Positions 1-13,117 of a DNA stretch of 64,000 bases are shown one piece after another. A model generated the notes under the pieces. It was not told the origin of the DNA and did no database searches. It saw only the letters and a program-made list of their open reading frames with translations. Each line of letters begins with the position of its first letter. Position 1 is the first letter of the stretch. Both the position numbers and the translations under genes were made by a program. The stretch is from an uncultured Chloroflexia bacterium (GTDB lineage Bacteria > Chloroflexota > Limnocylindria > Limnocylindrales > CSP1-4). The DNA is taken from assembly GCA_963746845.1 (NCBI GenBank), contig CAVVCZ010000001.1, positions 256,001 through 320,000 on the forward strand. Reading direction: 5' to 3'.

Positions 1-1
1 C

Positions 2-388
2 TTCGACCGCGCGATCACGATCCTGCAGGCCTGCTGGGCGTTCTTCGATGGCGTCGCCGCACGGGTCTCGCCCGAGATGCGCAAGGGCCCGCGTGGTGGT
101 GGACGCGACCGCAACCGGATCATCCGCCACACGATCCGCACCGAGAGCGAGGACTTCGCCAAGCAGGTCGGGCTCCGGATCCCGGAGGAGGCGGCGCTGA
201 CCCCGGACGGCCTGCGCCAGCATCGGGAGACCTACGTCGCGGCGATGCGCGCCTACAACGCCGGCCAGATCGAGAAGCGGATGCGGTCGTGGACCCTGCC
301 GTTTCTCATCCGACACTCGGCCTTCCACACGCTCGACCACGCGTGGGAGATGGAGGACAAGGACCTCACCGGCGAGGACGGCGCCTGA
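2..388 (+). CDS. 5'-truncated hypothetical protein, DinB/YfiT-like C-terminus
   Basis: Frame is open from position 2 (FDRAITILQACWAFFD...). It ends ...LIRHSAFHTLDHAWEMED, an HxxxH motif typical of DinB-like folds. Confidence 0.65.
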   Translation, partial: FDRAITILQACWAFFDGVAARVSPEMRKGPRGGGRDRNRIIRHTIRTESEDFAKQVGLRIPEEAALTPDGLRQHRETYVAAMRAYNAGQIEKRMRSWTLPFLIRHSAFHTLDHAWEMEDKDLTGEDGA

Positions 389-669
389 CCCTCGACGGGA
401 CCTGTCTCAGCTGGTCCAGGCCGCGTCGTACCTGGACTGCGTCAGGCTGAACCAGTTACCCGCGTCATCCCGCAACGGTGCCTCGACGCCGCAGGGCCGG
501 TCGGCCGGCTCCTGGTCGAATCACGCCGATCGTCGCTGGCCGATGGATTGGTGACGATTGGCACTTACGTGGCTTCATCGTCGATCGACAGACTGGACCC
601 TGCGAAAGCGATAGCGGCCGACTCTGCGGCCGTCTCTCGAGCACTTGCCGGAATGATCGGAGCCAGGAG

Positions 670-1416
670 ATGAACACGAACCGAACGATCGCCGTGGTCG
701 CAGGAGTGGCCTTCATCATCGCGACGGTTGCCCAGCTGGTGGGCGTCGCGCTGGTGTCCCCGATCCTCACCAAGCCGCTCGATCTCACGAGGATCTCGGC
801 CCACGACAACCAGGTCCTCCTGGGAGCGTTCTTCCAGTTCATCGGAGCTCTGGCATGTCCCGGAATCGCGATCGCCCTGTACCCGGTCCTGCGGAGGTCC
901 AGCGAGGGTCTGGCCCTTGGATCGGTTGGCTTCAGGACCATCGAAGGGACGCTCCATGTCCTGATCGCGATGTGCCTGATGTCGCTGGTGACCCTGAGCC
1001 AGGAGGCTTCGAACGCCGCGACCGCGGGTTCGGCGGCCTTCCAGGTCCAGGCAGCGCTGGTGATGGCGGGGCGAGAGTGGCTGGGTCCCTTGTCGGTGTT
1101 GACGTTCGGCCTCGGGGCGCTCGCGTACTACTGGGTGTTCTATCGGTCGCGGCTCGTCCCTCGGTGGCTGTCCGCCTGGGGTCTCGTGGGCGTCGTCATG
1201 GTGATGGTGTCCGCCCTGCTGGTCGTGTTCCAGGTCATCGAGGCCTTCTCGACGACCCAGATCGTCCTGGCTCTGCCCATCGCCGCCCAGGAGATGGTCC
1301 TGGCCGCGTGGCTGATCGCCAGGGGCTTCAACCCATCTGCCATTGCTGACGAGCGGACCGGTGAGACCTCGCGGCGACCGGCTACCACGGGCACGACGCA
1401 GGGGTTGGCGGCGTAG
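670..1416 (+). CDS. DUF4386-family membrane protein
   Basis: AGGAG immediately upstream of ATG 670; about 6 hydrophobic helices; 'LYPVLRR', 'FRTIEG', 'SRLVPRWLSAWG', 'WLIARGF' motifs. Confidence 0.75.
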   Translation: MNTNRTIAVVAGVAFIIATVAQLVGVALVSPILTKPLDLTRISAHDNQVLLGAFFQFIGALACPGIAIALYPVLRRSSEGLALGSVGFRTIEGTLHVLIAMCLMSLVTLSQEASNAATAGSAAFQVQAALVMAGREWLGPLSVLTFGLGALAYYWVFYRSRLVPRWLSAWGLVGVVMVMVSALLVVFQVIEAFSTTQIVLALPIAAQEMVLAAWLIARGFNPSAIADERTGETSRRPATTGTTQGLAA

Positions 1417-1629
1417 CGGCACGAGCATCGCAATGTGCGCTGGTGTCGTGGGCTGCGTCGGCTGGGCCAGCACCGCGATCACCGGCAATCGAGGTGATCG
1501 GGGAGCGGATCGCGCCGAGCGCGCGTGCCAGTTCGCGACCCGCTCCCCGGCGGTTGGCCCGGCAGTGCCGGACCTTCGGAGGGTGATCGCCCGGGCCACG
1601 AACCGGCAATAAGGCATTCGCCCTAGTCG

Positions 1630-2856
1630 TCAGCCGACGGCGTTCGGCGGCCCCGCCTCCCCGTCGGCCGGTGCGTGAAGACCCGGCCACGACGTGTCCG
1701 GCGGAAGTCCGCGCCCGAACGCGAGGACCCGGAACCGGCCCATCGCGGCCGGATCGATCATCCGGACGAGCGCCGATCGTGCCTCGAGGTACGACTGCAT
1801 CGTGACCCCCGGGCGGGTCTGCTCCTCGACGAGCAGCTCGCCGATCCCGAGCCGGGCAAGGAAGGTGTCCTGGGTCGTCGTGCCGAGGTGGTCCAGCCCG
1901 GCCGACGCGGCTGCTCGCTCGACCGCGGTGACGTCGATGTGCGCCGTCAGGTCCTGCCGGCCGATCGCCCGGTACGGATCCTCGCCAACCCCGTGGCCGA
2001 GGTAGGTCGCGAGCGTGCCCGCTGCCCGGCGGCGCGGGTCGTACAGCTCGACCGCCGGATGCCCGTAATCGATCAGGAGCAGCACGCCCCGGCGCAGACC
2101 GGCCGCCGCCCGCGCGACCCAGCCGTCGACGGCGAGGCAGATCTCGGCGTGCTGGCCGTCGGCGAGGCCGATCCCCTCCGCGGCCAGCCGTTCCGCGATC
2201 GCAACGGTCGACGGATCGGTCTCGACGTCGACCAGGTGGCCCGCATCGGACATCCCCACCCGGACCTCGCGGAGGGCATCACGGCGCTGGACAACGCGGT
2301 GCGTCGGCAGGGCGTCGAGGACCTCGTTCGCGATCGCCAGACCCTCGATCGGCTCACCGTCGTCCGGCGCAACCGTCACGGTCCCGGGCGCCAGCCCGAG
2401 CCCGGACAGCCGATCCCCGAGGGCCTCGACCCGGCGCGGATCGACCTCGTCGACGAGGTAGTGGACCGTCCGTGGCGGCACGCCGCCGGTCTCGGGTGCC
2501 TCCCGACGGACGAGCGTTTCGACGAGCGGAGCCGCGAGCGCCCCCTCGCCGGCGCCGGACTCGCGGATCGTGAACGCCGCGGGCGACCCGACCGCGGCAT
2601 GGACCGCGGCGGCGAACCGCGCGATCGCCCGACCGAAGATCGGGTGGGCCTCGGGCGCGGTCAGGAAGTCGCCCGCGCGGCCGGGCCGCGCGTTCGCCGA
2701 CCGGTAGTAGCCGCGCGTCGGGTCGTAGAGCGCGATCTCCATGAACCGGGCGAACGTCAGCGGGCCGTCACGGCGGATCTCGGCGTGGATCGCCTCGAGC
2801 AGGGCGGGGTCCGAGGGGACGTCGGCCGGCGGGGGCGGGACGCGTCTCAGGTCCAC
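1630..2856 (-). CDS. SAM-dependent methyltransferase, MidA/NDUFAF7 family
   Basis: 'GPLTFARFMEIALYDPTRGYY', 'GDFLTAPE', 'ESGAGEGALA', 'ANEVLDALP', 'LIDYG', 'QDLTAHID'. GTG start overlaps the upstream gene. Confidence 0.88.
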   Translation of the reverse strand: MDLRRVPPPPADVPSDPALLEAIHAEIRRDGPLTFARFMEIALYDPTRGYYRSANARPGRAGDFLTAPEAHPIFGRAIARFAAAVHAAVGSPAAFTIRESGAGEGALAAPLVETLVRREAPETGGVPPRTVHYLVDEVDPRRVEALGDRLSGLGLAPGTVTVAPDDGEPIEGLAIANEVLDALPTHRVVQRRDALREVRVGMSDAGHLVDVETDPSTVAIAERLAAEGIGLADGQHAEICLAVDGWVARAAAGLRRGVLLLIDYGHPAVELYDPRRRAAGTLATYLGHGVGEDPYRAIGRQDLTAHIDVTAVERAAASAGLDHLGTTTQDTFLARLGIGELLVEEQTRPGVTMQSYLEARSALVRMIDPAAMGRFRVLAFGRGLPPDTSWPGLHAPADGEAGPPNAVG

Positions 2857-3902
2857 GACGCCGTCCTCCCGAGGGCGAGCCGAAGCCCGGGTCCGACGAG
2901 CGTGTGGCCGCCGAGCACGATCGGGATCCGCGCGTCTGCGGCGCTCGCCGTCAGCTCCCGGAGCCAGCCGTCGGCGATCCGTTCGTGGAGCAGCAGGTCC
3001 GACCCGAACCGATCCGCGGATGAGGGCCAGCCGGCCTCGTCCCGGCCGGCCCGATGCGCGAGCAGCACGCGGGTGTCGACGACGGCGGCGTCGCCCAGCT
3101 CCCCGAGGATCGTGCCCAGACCACCCGGCCCCGACCGATCCAGCGCCGCGCCGAGGATCGACCGGGGCGGGCGCTGTCCGGCGACGCCGGTGCGGAACCC
3201 GCGCTCCTCCACGAGTGCCCGGGTTCGCACCGCGGTGTGCCGCTCCAGCCAGGCGAGGGTCGTCGCCGACGTCCGGCCGGCGACGACCAGCTCGGCGGCG
3301 GGATCCTGCGCCACCGAGCGAACGAGTCGCAGCCGTCCGACGACGCGGTCGACGACACCGGCCGGTGGCGCCGGCGCCGGGACCCGGCCGGCCATCAGGA
3401 CCACGTCCAGCGGCCCGTCGACGTCGAGCCCGAGGCGCCAGCGCCGGCGCAGGTCGTCGACCCGGTATCCGGCGATCTCGGACAGCCAGCGGGGGAGGGC
3501 ATTGTCGGTCGTCAGGTCGGGCAGGACATCCAGCCGCGACGCCTGGCTGACCGCGATGACATCGGCCGAGTACCGATTGTTCGCAAGTGCCACGGGCGCC
3601 CCGGAGGCGGCGGCCTCGACGAGCTCGCGCCGATCCGCCGCGGTCGCCAGCGGGATCGCACCCGAGCCGAGCACGACGACCCCACCCGGCCGCCGTTCCG
3701 CCACGAACGCGCGGAGACGCGCGGCGAACGGCAGGTCGTCGGGTGGCCCGCCCGTGATCGTCACGTCCGAGGCGCCGGCGGCGAGGAAGCCGGCGCGGTG
3801 CCGTTCCGCGATCGCGGCCCGGGCGGCGCCGACCCATCGCTCGAGCTCGCCCGCGCGCCCGTCCGGCTCGGGGTGCAGGATGAGCACCGCGACGTCGGTC
3901 AT
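2847..3902 (-). CDS. Hypothetical protein with CofC-like / nucleotidyltransferase-fold N-terminal domain
   Basis: 'GSGAIPL', 'NNRYSADV', 'LDVDGPLDV' resembles the DVDTPxDL motif of CofC-like proteins. TAGACT lies 7 nt upstream of the ATG. Confidence 0.5.
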   Translation of the reverse strand: MTDVAVLILHPEPDGRAGELERWVGAARAAIAERHRAGFLAAGASDVTITGGPPDDLPFAARLRAFVAERRPGGVVVLGSGAIPLATAADRRELVEAAASGAPVALANNRYSADVIAVSQASRLDVLPDLTTDNALPRWLSEIAGYRVDDLRRRWRLGLDVDGPLDVVLMAGRVPAPAPPAGVVDRVVGRLRLVRSVAQDPAAELVVAGRTSATTLAWLERHTAVRTRALVEERGFRTGVAGQRPPRSILGAALDRSGPGGLGTILGELGDAAVVDTRVLLAHRAGRDEAGWPSSADRFGSDLLLHERIADGWLRELTASAADARIPIVLGGHTLVGPGLRLALGRTASWT

Positions 3903-3943
3903 CGGCCGGAGTCTAGTGGAGCGGAGGGCGGGCCCTGAGGCGG

Positions 3944-4555
3944 GTGCGGGCGTACATCGGGCTCGGAGCGAATCTCGGCGACGCCCCGGCGACGATCGCC
4001 AACGGGATCCGGGCGCTGGCGGCGCTCCCGGGGGCCCGTCTCCGGGGCGTCTCGAAGCTGTACGCGACGACGCCGGTCGGCGTCGTCGATCAGCCGCGGT
4101 TCCGGAACGCGGTCGTCGCGCTCGACATGCCGGCCGGGCCGGATCCGGCGACGGGCGCCGTGGCCCTGCTCATCGCCCTGAAGCAGCTCGAGCGCGCGTT
4201 CGGGCGCCGGGATCGCGAGCGCTGGGGCCCGCGCGAGCTCGACCTCGACCTGATCATGTTCGGGCGGGCCCGGCTCGCGCTCGATCGTCCGCCCGAGGGG
4301 ATGTCCCTCGACCCCGGCAACGCCGATCGCCTGCTCGTCGTCCCGCACCGCGACGCCGGGGAGCGGCTGTTCGTGCTCGCCCCGTGGAGCGACATCGCGC
4401 CGGGCCTCGTTCCGCCCGGTTGGCACGAGACCGTCGCGACGGCCGGGAGGCGCCGACGCGCCGTCGAGGGGGACACGGCCGTCGAGCCGGTCGCGACCTG
4501 GGACGCCGACACCCGCACCTGGCGGCCGATCGCGGAGGAAGGGAGAGCCGGCTAG
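3944..4555 (+). CDS. folK: 2-amino-4-hydroxy-6-hydroxymethyldihydropteridine diphosphokinase
   Basis: 'AYIGLGANLGD', 'QPRFRNAVV', 'RWGPRELDLDLI', 'PH...ERLFVLAP'. Confidence 0.93.
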   Translation: MRAYIGLGANLGDAPATIANGIRALAALPGARLRGVSKLYATTPVGVVDQPRFRNAVVALDMPAGPDPATGAVALLIALKQLERAFGRRDRERWGPRELDLDLIMFGRARLALDRPPEGMSLDPGNADRLLVVPHRDAGERLFVLAPWSDIAPGLVPPGWHETVATAGRRRRAVEGDTAVEPVATWDADTRTWRPIAEEGRAG

Positions 4556-5061
4556 CCGTCGGCCCCCGGCGGCTCGATCACCCAGTCGTTGCAGGTCATC
4601 CAGTGCCCCTTCGGGTACTCGAACCGCGCGGCCCCGAGGAGACGCATCCCGACCTTCCGGCAGATCGCGTTGGACGGCGTGTTGTCGACGCTCGGATCAG
4701 CGTGGACCGGACGGCGGGCGGCGGCCCAGGCGGCGTCGATCGCCAGCCGTGTCGCCGCGGTGGCGATGCCCCGGCCCTGGAACTCCGGGAGGACGAACCA
4801 GCCCGTCTCCCAGACCGCCTCGCCACCCTCGTCCCGCTCCCAGTACCCGACGGACCCGGCCGCCGCCCACTCGGGCCCGACCTCGACCACGAACATCTGG
4901 CCGCCCGCCGGGTCGTCCAGTTCCAGGTATCTCCGATGCCGGGCGAGGATCTGCTCCTCGGTCTCCGGACCGCCCAGGTGCTTCGTCATCTCCGGATCCG
5001 CGAGGAACCGCCGCTCGAGCCAGAGATCGTCGGGGCCGTGCGGGCGGAGGCGGACATCCAG
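4552..5061 (-). CDS. GNAT (RimJ/RimL-like) N-acetyltransferase; start uncertain
   Basis: 'ETGWFVLPEFQGRGIAT', 'NTPSNAICRKVG'. No in-frame ATG/GTG after the peptidase E stop until M at 4988; in-frame CTG at 5061 is the candidate start. Confidence 0.78.
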   Translation of the reverse strand: MDVRLRPHGPDDLWLERRFLADPEMTKHLGGPETEEQILARHRRYLELDDPAGGQMFVVEVGPEWAAAGSVGYWERDEGGEAVWETGWFVLPEFQGRGIATAATRLAIDAAWAAARRPVHADPSVDNTPSNAICRKVGMRLLGAARFEYPKGHWMTCNDWVIEPPGADG

Positions 5062-5075
5062 GACGACGCGGACCC

Positions 5076-5795
5076 TCAGCCGCCGAGGAACCGCGTGGCA
5101 AGCGCCGTCTCGGTCGCGCCGCCAGACCCGTCCGGCTCCACCCGCCAGGCGCCGGCCGACGGGTCGGACGTGACGACCTCCACCAGATCCCGGTCGCGGA
5201 AGACGAGCGCCGCTCCGTCGTCGACGGCGTAGCCGCCCGGCAGCGTCCCGTCCGCGACGAGCCCCAGGTACAGGGGCCGGCGCTGTGCCTCGCCGTGGTA
5301 GTGCGGGCTGAGGCTGCCGCTGAGGATGCCGAGACCCCCGTGGAGCGGGCGGAGCGTCGGCCCGAACGAGTCGGTCGTGCACGACTCGAACCAGCAGATC
5401 GCGCCGGCGGACATCCCGGCCATGACGACGCCCGCGTCCCAGGCCCGGCGCAGCACCGCGTCCAGCCCATGGAGCCGCCAGAGCGAGAGCAGGTTCGCCG
5501 TGTTGCCGCCGGTGACGTAGACGGCATCCACGCCGAGGACGGTCGCCTCGAGGTCCTCGGCGGTTCGCTCGAACAGCCGCAGCACGCTGGGTTCCGCCCG
5601 CTCCGCGAACAGCCGCTCGAAGTCCGCGATCAGCTCCGGGTCGTCGCGCGTCGCGGTCGGGATGAGGCAGATCCGCGGCCGGTCGCGACCTGATCGCTCG
5701 CGCGCGAGGTCCACGACGACGTCGTCGAGCAGCAGGTTGTCCGGCTCCATCTGGAACCCGCCGCCACCCATCGCGACGATCGTGCGGGCGGTCAT
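5076..5795 (-). CDS. Peptidase E / peptidase S51 family
   Basis: 'ICLIPTA', 'YVTGGNTANLL', catalytic 'GMSAGA', 'PHY'. Confidence 0.88.
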   Translation of the reverse strand: MTARTIVAMGGGGFQMEPDNLLLDDVVVDLARERSGRDRPRICLIPTATRDDPELIADFERLFAERAEPSVLRLFERTAEDLEATVLGVDAVYVTGGNTANLLSLWRLHGLDAVLRRAWDAGVVMAGMSAGAICWFESCTTDSFGPTLRPLHGGLGILSGSLSPHYHGEAQRRPLYLGLVADGTLPGGYAVDDGAALVFRDRDLVEVVTSDPSAGAWRVEPDGSGGATETALATRFLGG

Positions 5796-5808
5796 CCGCG
5801 CCCGAGGC

Positions 5809-6795
5809 TCACAGGCGGACGGACGGCGGCCGATCCCGGTCGAACATGTGGACCGTGTCGACGAACCGGACCTGCTTGGCCTGGTAGGCCATGACGAGCG
5901 AGTGGGTCCGGGCGCCGCCGCCGAAGAACCGGACGCCCTCGAGGAGGTCGCCGGCCGTGACGCCGGTGGCCGAGAACACGAGGTTCTCGCCGGGCGCGAG
6001 GTCCTCGGTGTGGTAGACCCGATCCTCGTCGCCGTGACCCATCGTCGCGCCGCGGGCGCGCTCCTCGTCGCTGCGGTAGCGGAACCGGGCCTGGATCTCG
6101 CCGCCGAGACAGCGCAGGGCGGCCGCCGTGATGACGCCCTCCGGTGCGCCGCCGATGCCCATCACGGCGTGGACGCCGGTGCCGGACACCGCGGTCGAGA
6201 TCGCCGCCGACAGGTCGCCGTCGCTGATCAGCTGGATCCGCGCGCCCGCGGCCCGGACCTCGGCGATCAACGCGTCGTGGCGCGGCCGCTCGAGGATGAC
6301 GACGGTGATGTCGCGGACCGCCCGGCCGAGGGCTGCGGCGATCCGTCGGAGGTTCTCGGACGGGCTCTCCCGGATGTCGATCGTGCCCGCCGCCACGGGT
6401 CCGACGCACAGCTTCTCGAGATAGGTGTCGGGAGCATGGACAAGGCCGCCCTTCTCCGAGGCGGCGAGGACGGTGATCGCACCCGCCTGACCGTGCGCCA
6501 CGAGGTTCGTGCCCTCGAGGGGGTCCACCGCAATGTCGATCTCGGGGTTGTCCTCGACCCCCGCCGGCGTGCGGCGCCCGACCGGCTCGCCGATCCACAG
6601 CATCGGGGCTTCGTCGCGCTCGCCCTCGCCGATGACGATGCGACCCGAGAACTCGATCTCGTCCATCGTCCGGCGCATCGCCTCGACCGCCGCCCGGTCC
6701 GCCTCGTCCTTCTCACCGCGGCCCATGAATCGCGCGCTCGCGAGTGCCGCCGCCTCGGTGACCCGGACCATCTCGAGCGCGAGGAGTTGTTCCAT
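5809..6795 (-). CDS. glpX: Class II fructose-1,6-bisphosphatase
   Basis: 'RVTEAAA', '[13 protein letters not shown]', '[10 protein letters not shown]', 'GGAPEGV', '[13 protein letters not shown]'. Confidence 0.95.
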   Translation of the reverse strand: MEQLLALEMVRVTEAAALASARFMGRGEKDEADRAAVEAMRRTMDEIEFSGRIVIGEGERDEAPMLWIGEPVGRRTPAGVEDNPEIDIAVDPLEGTNLVAHGQAGAITVLAASEKGGLVHAPDTYLEKLCVGPVAAGTIDIRESPSENLRRIAAALGRAVRDITVVILERPRHDALIAEVRAAGARIQLISDGDLSAAISTAVSGTGVHAVMGIGGAPEGVITAAALRCLGGEIQARFRYRSDEERARGATMGHGDEDRVYHTEDLAPGENLVFSATGVTAGDLLEGVRFFGGGARTHSLVMAYQAKQVRFVDTVHMFDRDRPPSVRL

Positions 6796-6817
6796 GGGCC
6801 CCCAGCCTGACCTCCGG

Positions 6818-8365
6818 TCAGTGCCGGAAGTGCCTCGTTCCCGTGAAGACCATGGCCAGGTGGTGGCGATCCGCAACCTCGATCGCCATCTCGTCGCGGA
6901 TCGAGCCGCCCGGCTGGATGATCGCGGTGACGCCGGCCGTCGCCGCCATCTGGATCCCGTCCGGGAACGGGAAGTAGGCGTCGCTCGCCATGACCGCGGT
7001 CCGGGCCCGGTCGCCGGCCCGCCGGACGGCGATCTCGACCGAGACCTGGCGGCTCGCCTGGGCCGCACCGATCCCGACCGTCGCACCGTTGCGGGCGAGG
7101 ACGATCGCGTTCGAGCGGACGTGGCAGACCGTCCGCCAGGCGAACAGCAGGTCGTTGAGCTCGTCGAGGGTCGGCCGGCGGCGGGTGACGACCTGGAGCC
7201 GGCCGCGGTCGAGGCCGACCTCGTCGAGGCTCTCGACGAGCAGACCGCCGGCGACGCGCTTGAAGTCGAGGTTCGCGATGCCGTAGTCGCGCATCCCCTC
7301 GGTGGGGTCCGGCGGGATCGCGAGGATCTCGAGGCCGGTCTTGGCCTTCAGGATCCCGACGGCCGCCTGGCTGTAAGCAGGGGCGACGACGGCCTCGTAG
7401 CTGTTCGCCGCGATCTCCCGGGCGGTCGCCCCGTCGAGCTCGCGGTTGACGCCGACGATCCCGCCGAACGCGGCGACGGCGTCCGTCTCGAGTGCGTGCC
7501 GGTAGCCCTCGACGAGCTCGTCCGCGGACGCGACCCCGACGGGATCGGTGTGCTTGACGATGGCGACCGTCGGCGCGGTGAAGTCGCGCGCGATCCGGTA
7601 CGCGGTGTCGAGATCGAGGTAGTTGTTGAACGAGGGACGATCGCCGCGGAGCTGGGTCGCGTCGGCGAGCGTGCCGCTGCGGTGGGTGGTCTCGCGGTAG
7701 AAGGCCGCCCGCTGATGCGGGTTCTCGCCATAGCGCAGGTCGTCGACCTTCTCGAGGACGACAGCCAGCCGGTTCGGGAACGTGTTGTTCGAGATCTGGT
7801 TCAGGTACGCCGCGATCTCCGCGTAGTAGGCCGCCACGAGACCGAACGAGTCGGCAGCGAGCTTCGCGCGGAGCTCCGCGCTGACCGCGTGATGCCGGCG
7901 CAGCTCGGTGACGAGCTTCGGATAGTGCTCCGGGCTGCCGACCGCGGCGACCCCGGCGGCGTTCCGGGCGGCCGCGCCGAGCAGCGCGGCGCCCCCGACG
8001 TCGATCATCTCGATCGCCTCGTCGATGCCGACGAGCTGGGCCCCGACGGCCGGCGCGAACGGGGCGACGTTGACGACGACGATGTCGATCGCGCCGATCC
8101 CCTGGTCGGCCAGCTCGGCCATCTGGGCGTCGACGTCGCGGCGGGCGAGGATGCCGGCGTAGATCGCCGGATGGAACGTCTTGACCTGGCCGCCGATCAG
8201 GGCCGGGAGGCCGGTGAGCTCCGACACGGGCCGGACATCGATCCCCTCGGCGGCGAGATGGTCGCGGGTGCCGTCGGTGGCGTAGACCTCGATCTCGAGG
8301 GCGAGGAGGTCCCGGGCCAGCGTCGCGATCCCGTCGCGGTTGGCGACCGACAGCAGGGCTCGCAC
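6818..8365 (-). CDS. purH: Bifunctional AICAR transformylase / IMP cyclohydrolase
   Basis: 'RALLSV', 'VKTFHP', 'IDVGG', '[14 protein letters not shown]', 'VKH', 'SNAIV', '[11 protein letters not shown]', '[10 protein letters not shown]', 'RHFRH'. Confidence 0.95.
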   Translation of the reverse strand: MRALLSVANRDGIATLARDLLALEIEVYATDGTRDHLAAEGIDVRPVSELTGLPALIGGQVKTFHPAIYAGILARRDVDAQMAELADQGIGAIDIVVVNVAPFAPAVGAQLVGIDEAIEMIDVGGAALLGAAARNAAGVAAVGSPEHYPKLVTELRRHHAVSAELRAKLAADSFGLVAAYYAEIAAYLNQISNNTFPNRLAVVLEKVDDLRYGENPHQRAAFYRETTHRSGTLADATQLRGDRPSFNNYLDLDTAYRIARDFTAPTVAIVKHTDPVGVASADELVEGYRHALETDAVAAFGGIVGVNRELDGATAREIAANSYEAVVAPAYSQAAVGILKAKTGLEILAIPPDPTEGMRDYGIANLDFKRVAGGLLVESLDEVGLDRGRLQVVTRRRPTLDELNDLLFAWRTVCHVRSNAIVLARNGATVGIGAAQASRQVSVEIAVRRAGDRARTAVMASDAYFPFPDGIQMAATAGVTAIIQPGGSIRDEMAIEVADRHHLAMVFTGTRHFRH

Positions 8366-8421
8366 CCGGGTTGACCCTCCTCCACGCGACCGGCCACGGA
8401 CGCGACGCGCTCGTCTCGCGG

Positions 8422-8451
8422 CCGAGTATAGCGCGGGCCATGGCATACTCC
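8422..8451. promoter_or_regulatory. Divergent -10-like boxes between purH and the 8537 gene
   Basis: TATACT on - (8425-8430) and CATACT on + (8444-8449) form the inverted repeat GAGTAT...ATACTC. Confidence 0.45.
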
Positions 8452-8536
8452 GACACCGGCGCCGGCCGAAACCCGGCCCCGTCGTCGCCCGCCGCGCGAT
8501 CCCGCCGGCGGGCTTCCATCGAAGCGAGGATCGACC

Positions 8537-9007
8537 GTGCGGTTGCCCCCCTGGGAGTACCTGTTCACGAGGTTCAGCGTCCACACGTTCCCGGACCTGT
8601 ACACGCCGATGTGGGTCGCCGCGCTCGGCCTCCTCGTCGTCCTCGTCGTCCTGTACAACATCCGGACCCGGGCCCTCCACCGCCACGCCGTCTATCTCGA
8701 CATGTGGGAGTGGCTGCTCTGGACGGGGATCTCCCTGTTCGGCCTGATCCTCGTCGCGGCCGGGTTCAACTTCTACTTCATCGTCCTGCTCGTGATCATG
8801 GTCACCGGGCTGTCCGTTATGGTCTGGGTCCGGTTCATGCACTTCCCGCCGCTGTTCGAGGCGTACGAGCAGAAGATGGCCAAGCAGCGCTACTTCACGC
8901 GCCAGAAGTTCTCGCACCCCGAGGCGACGATCCGGCCGAAGGGCAGCGCGAGCAAGACCGCGGCGGCGAGCCGAACGCGCGCAAGTCGGAGCCGCAAGCG
9001 CCGCTGA
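8537..9007 (+). CDS. Hypothetical membrane protein (3 TM, basic C-tail)
   Basis: GAGGA before GTG; hydrophobic helices; strong GC3 codon bias. Confidence 0.75.
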   Translation: MRLPPWEYLFTRFSVHTFPDLYTPMWVAALGLLVVLVVLYNIRTRALHRHAVYLDMWEWLLWTGISLFGLILVAAGFNFYFIVLLVIMVTGLSVMVWVRFMHFPPLFEAYEQKMAKQRYFTRQKFSHPEATIRPKGSASKTAAASRTRASRSRKRR

Positions 9008-9030
9008 GCGGCGGGCAGGGAGCCACCGGG

Positions 9031-9504
9031 ATGCCGATCGAGGTTCAGCGGTTCGGGGTCGGGCACCGGCGCGCGGACGGTCCGGCGGGTACGACCGGGG
9101 TCTCCGGCCAGGTCATCCACAGCGACGGGCGGGGCGTGATCAGCGAGCTCGCGTTCGCGCGCAACGGGCGGATCGAGCCCCACACCAGCCCGAACTCGGC
9201 CTGGTTCATCGTGATCGAGGGCGGGGGCTGGGTCGTCGTCGATGGCGAGGCGGCCCGGGTCGCCGCAGGTGAGGCGGTCTTCTGGCCGGCCGACATCCCC
9301 CACGGTGCCTGGGCGGACCACGGCCACATGCGAGCCTTCGTGGTGGAGTTCGCGGGCGCGGACGACACGGTGACCGGGCGGCTGATCGAGGGCGGGCCGG
9401 TCGTCGAGATCGCCGAGCGGCTGCCGGTCGAACGGGGCATGGGCGCGCTCCGCGGCGACGGACCGGAGCCGCCGCACGACCCGGACGCGGGCGAGCCGCA
9501 CTAG
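9031..9504 (+). CDS. Cupin domain protein
   Basis: 'IEPHTSP...FIVIEGGGWV' and 'AGEAVFWPADIPHGAW' cupin motifs. Confidence 0.82.
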   Translation: MPIEVQRFGVGHRRADGPAGTTGVSGQVIHSDGRGVISELAFARNGRIEPHTSPNSAWFIVIEGGGWVVVDGEAARVAAGEAVFWPADIPHGAWADHGHMRAFVVEFAGADDTVTGRLIEGGPVVEIAERLPVERGMGALRGDGPEPPHDPDAGEPH

Positions 9505-9540
9505 GGTCGGGCGAGCCCCGACCAGGGTCGGCGAGCGCGG

Positions 9541-10179
9541 CTACGTTCGAGTGGGGTCCAGCACGGCGCCCAGCTGGCCGAGGATCCGCGCGGTCGCGCC
9601 CCAGACATGGAGCCCGTCGATCCGGTAGCCGCCGTAGCGGAGCGGCCAGTCGCCGATCGTCCGCTCGACGATCTCGATCGGCGACCCGGGGAGGAAGGCC
9701 GCCAGCGGCGGCGTCAGGATCCGGGCCACCTCGTCGCGGTTGGCGGTCAGCCGCGGGGCCCGGCGGGCGACGGCAACGACCGGCGTGATCCGGAAGTCGC
9801 TGACCGGGATGAAGACCTCGCCGAGCACGCCGACGATCTCGACGGCCGCGGCGACGCCGTCCAGGTCGATCTCCTCGCGTGCCTCGCGGAGGGCCGTGGC
9901 GGCCGCATCGTCGTCGTCCGGCTCGGCCTTGCCGCCCGGGAAGCTGACCTCGCCGCTGTGGTGGCCGTCGTAGCTCCGCCGCTCGGTGAGGACCAGCCGC
10001 GCCGCGCCGAGCTCGTCCGGGTAGACGAGGGCGAGGACCGCGGCGGCGCGGGCCGTCGCGGTCGGGTTCAGACGCGGCCGGAGCCGCCCATCGGTGAAGA
10101 CGGGCATCAGCTCCGCCGGCCCCTCGGGGAGCGGCGATGGCAGCGCGGACAGCCGGGCGACGGCGTCGTCGAACCTCAT
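9541..10179 (-). CDS. Nudix CoA pyrophosphatase (NudL/YeaB-like)
   Basis: 'LVLTERR...HSGEVSFPGGK...ALREAREE', 'VWGATARIL'. Confidence 0.9.
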   Translation of the reverse strand: MRFDDAVARLSALPSPLPEGPAELMPVFTDGRLRPRLNPTATARAAAVLALVYPDELGAARLVLTERRSYDGHHSGEVSFPGGKAEPDDDDAAATALREAREEIDLDGVAAAVEIVGVLGEVFIPVSDFRITPVVAVARRAPRLTANRDEVARILTPPLAAFLPGSPIEIVERTIGDWPLRYGGYRIDGLHVWGATARILGQLGAVLDPTRT

Positions 10180-10286
10180 CGGCCAGGCACCCTCAGTCGC
10201 GAGCTGCCGCTCGCTCTCCGAGGTCCAAGGTGGAGCTCAATCTCGGCGGGCTCCCGCACGCCGACGCATCCCATTGGCCCGAGGAT

Positions 10287-13058
<2,772 letters not shown>

Positions 13059-13117
13059 GGCTGGGGTCTCCGGGTCGGGAGGTTCGGGGCTCGCCTCTGG
13101 TTCGGGATGGATGGTGA

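Noticed and set aside
1675-5232. Very long alternative-frame ORFs (e.g. 1675-5232+, 10746-13229+, 14152-16836+, 39814-42441-, 59065-63189+)
   Set aside because: Arg/Pro/Gly-rich shadow frames antisense to clear genes; expected from stop-codon scarcity at high GC
8366-8536. ZMP/ZTP (pfl) riboswitch upstream of purH
   Set aside because: No GACUGGCG / CGCCUGGGC motifs, and the -10 box leaves only a ~55-nt leader
10180-10286. Fourth copy of the hairpin repeat between clpB and the Nudix gene
   Set aside because: Only a loose TGCGTCGGC resemblance on the minus strand; the terminal motifs are absent
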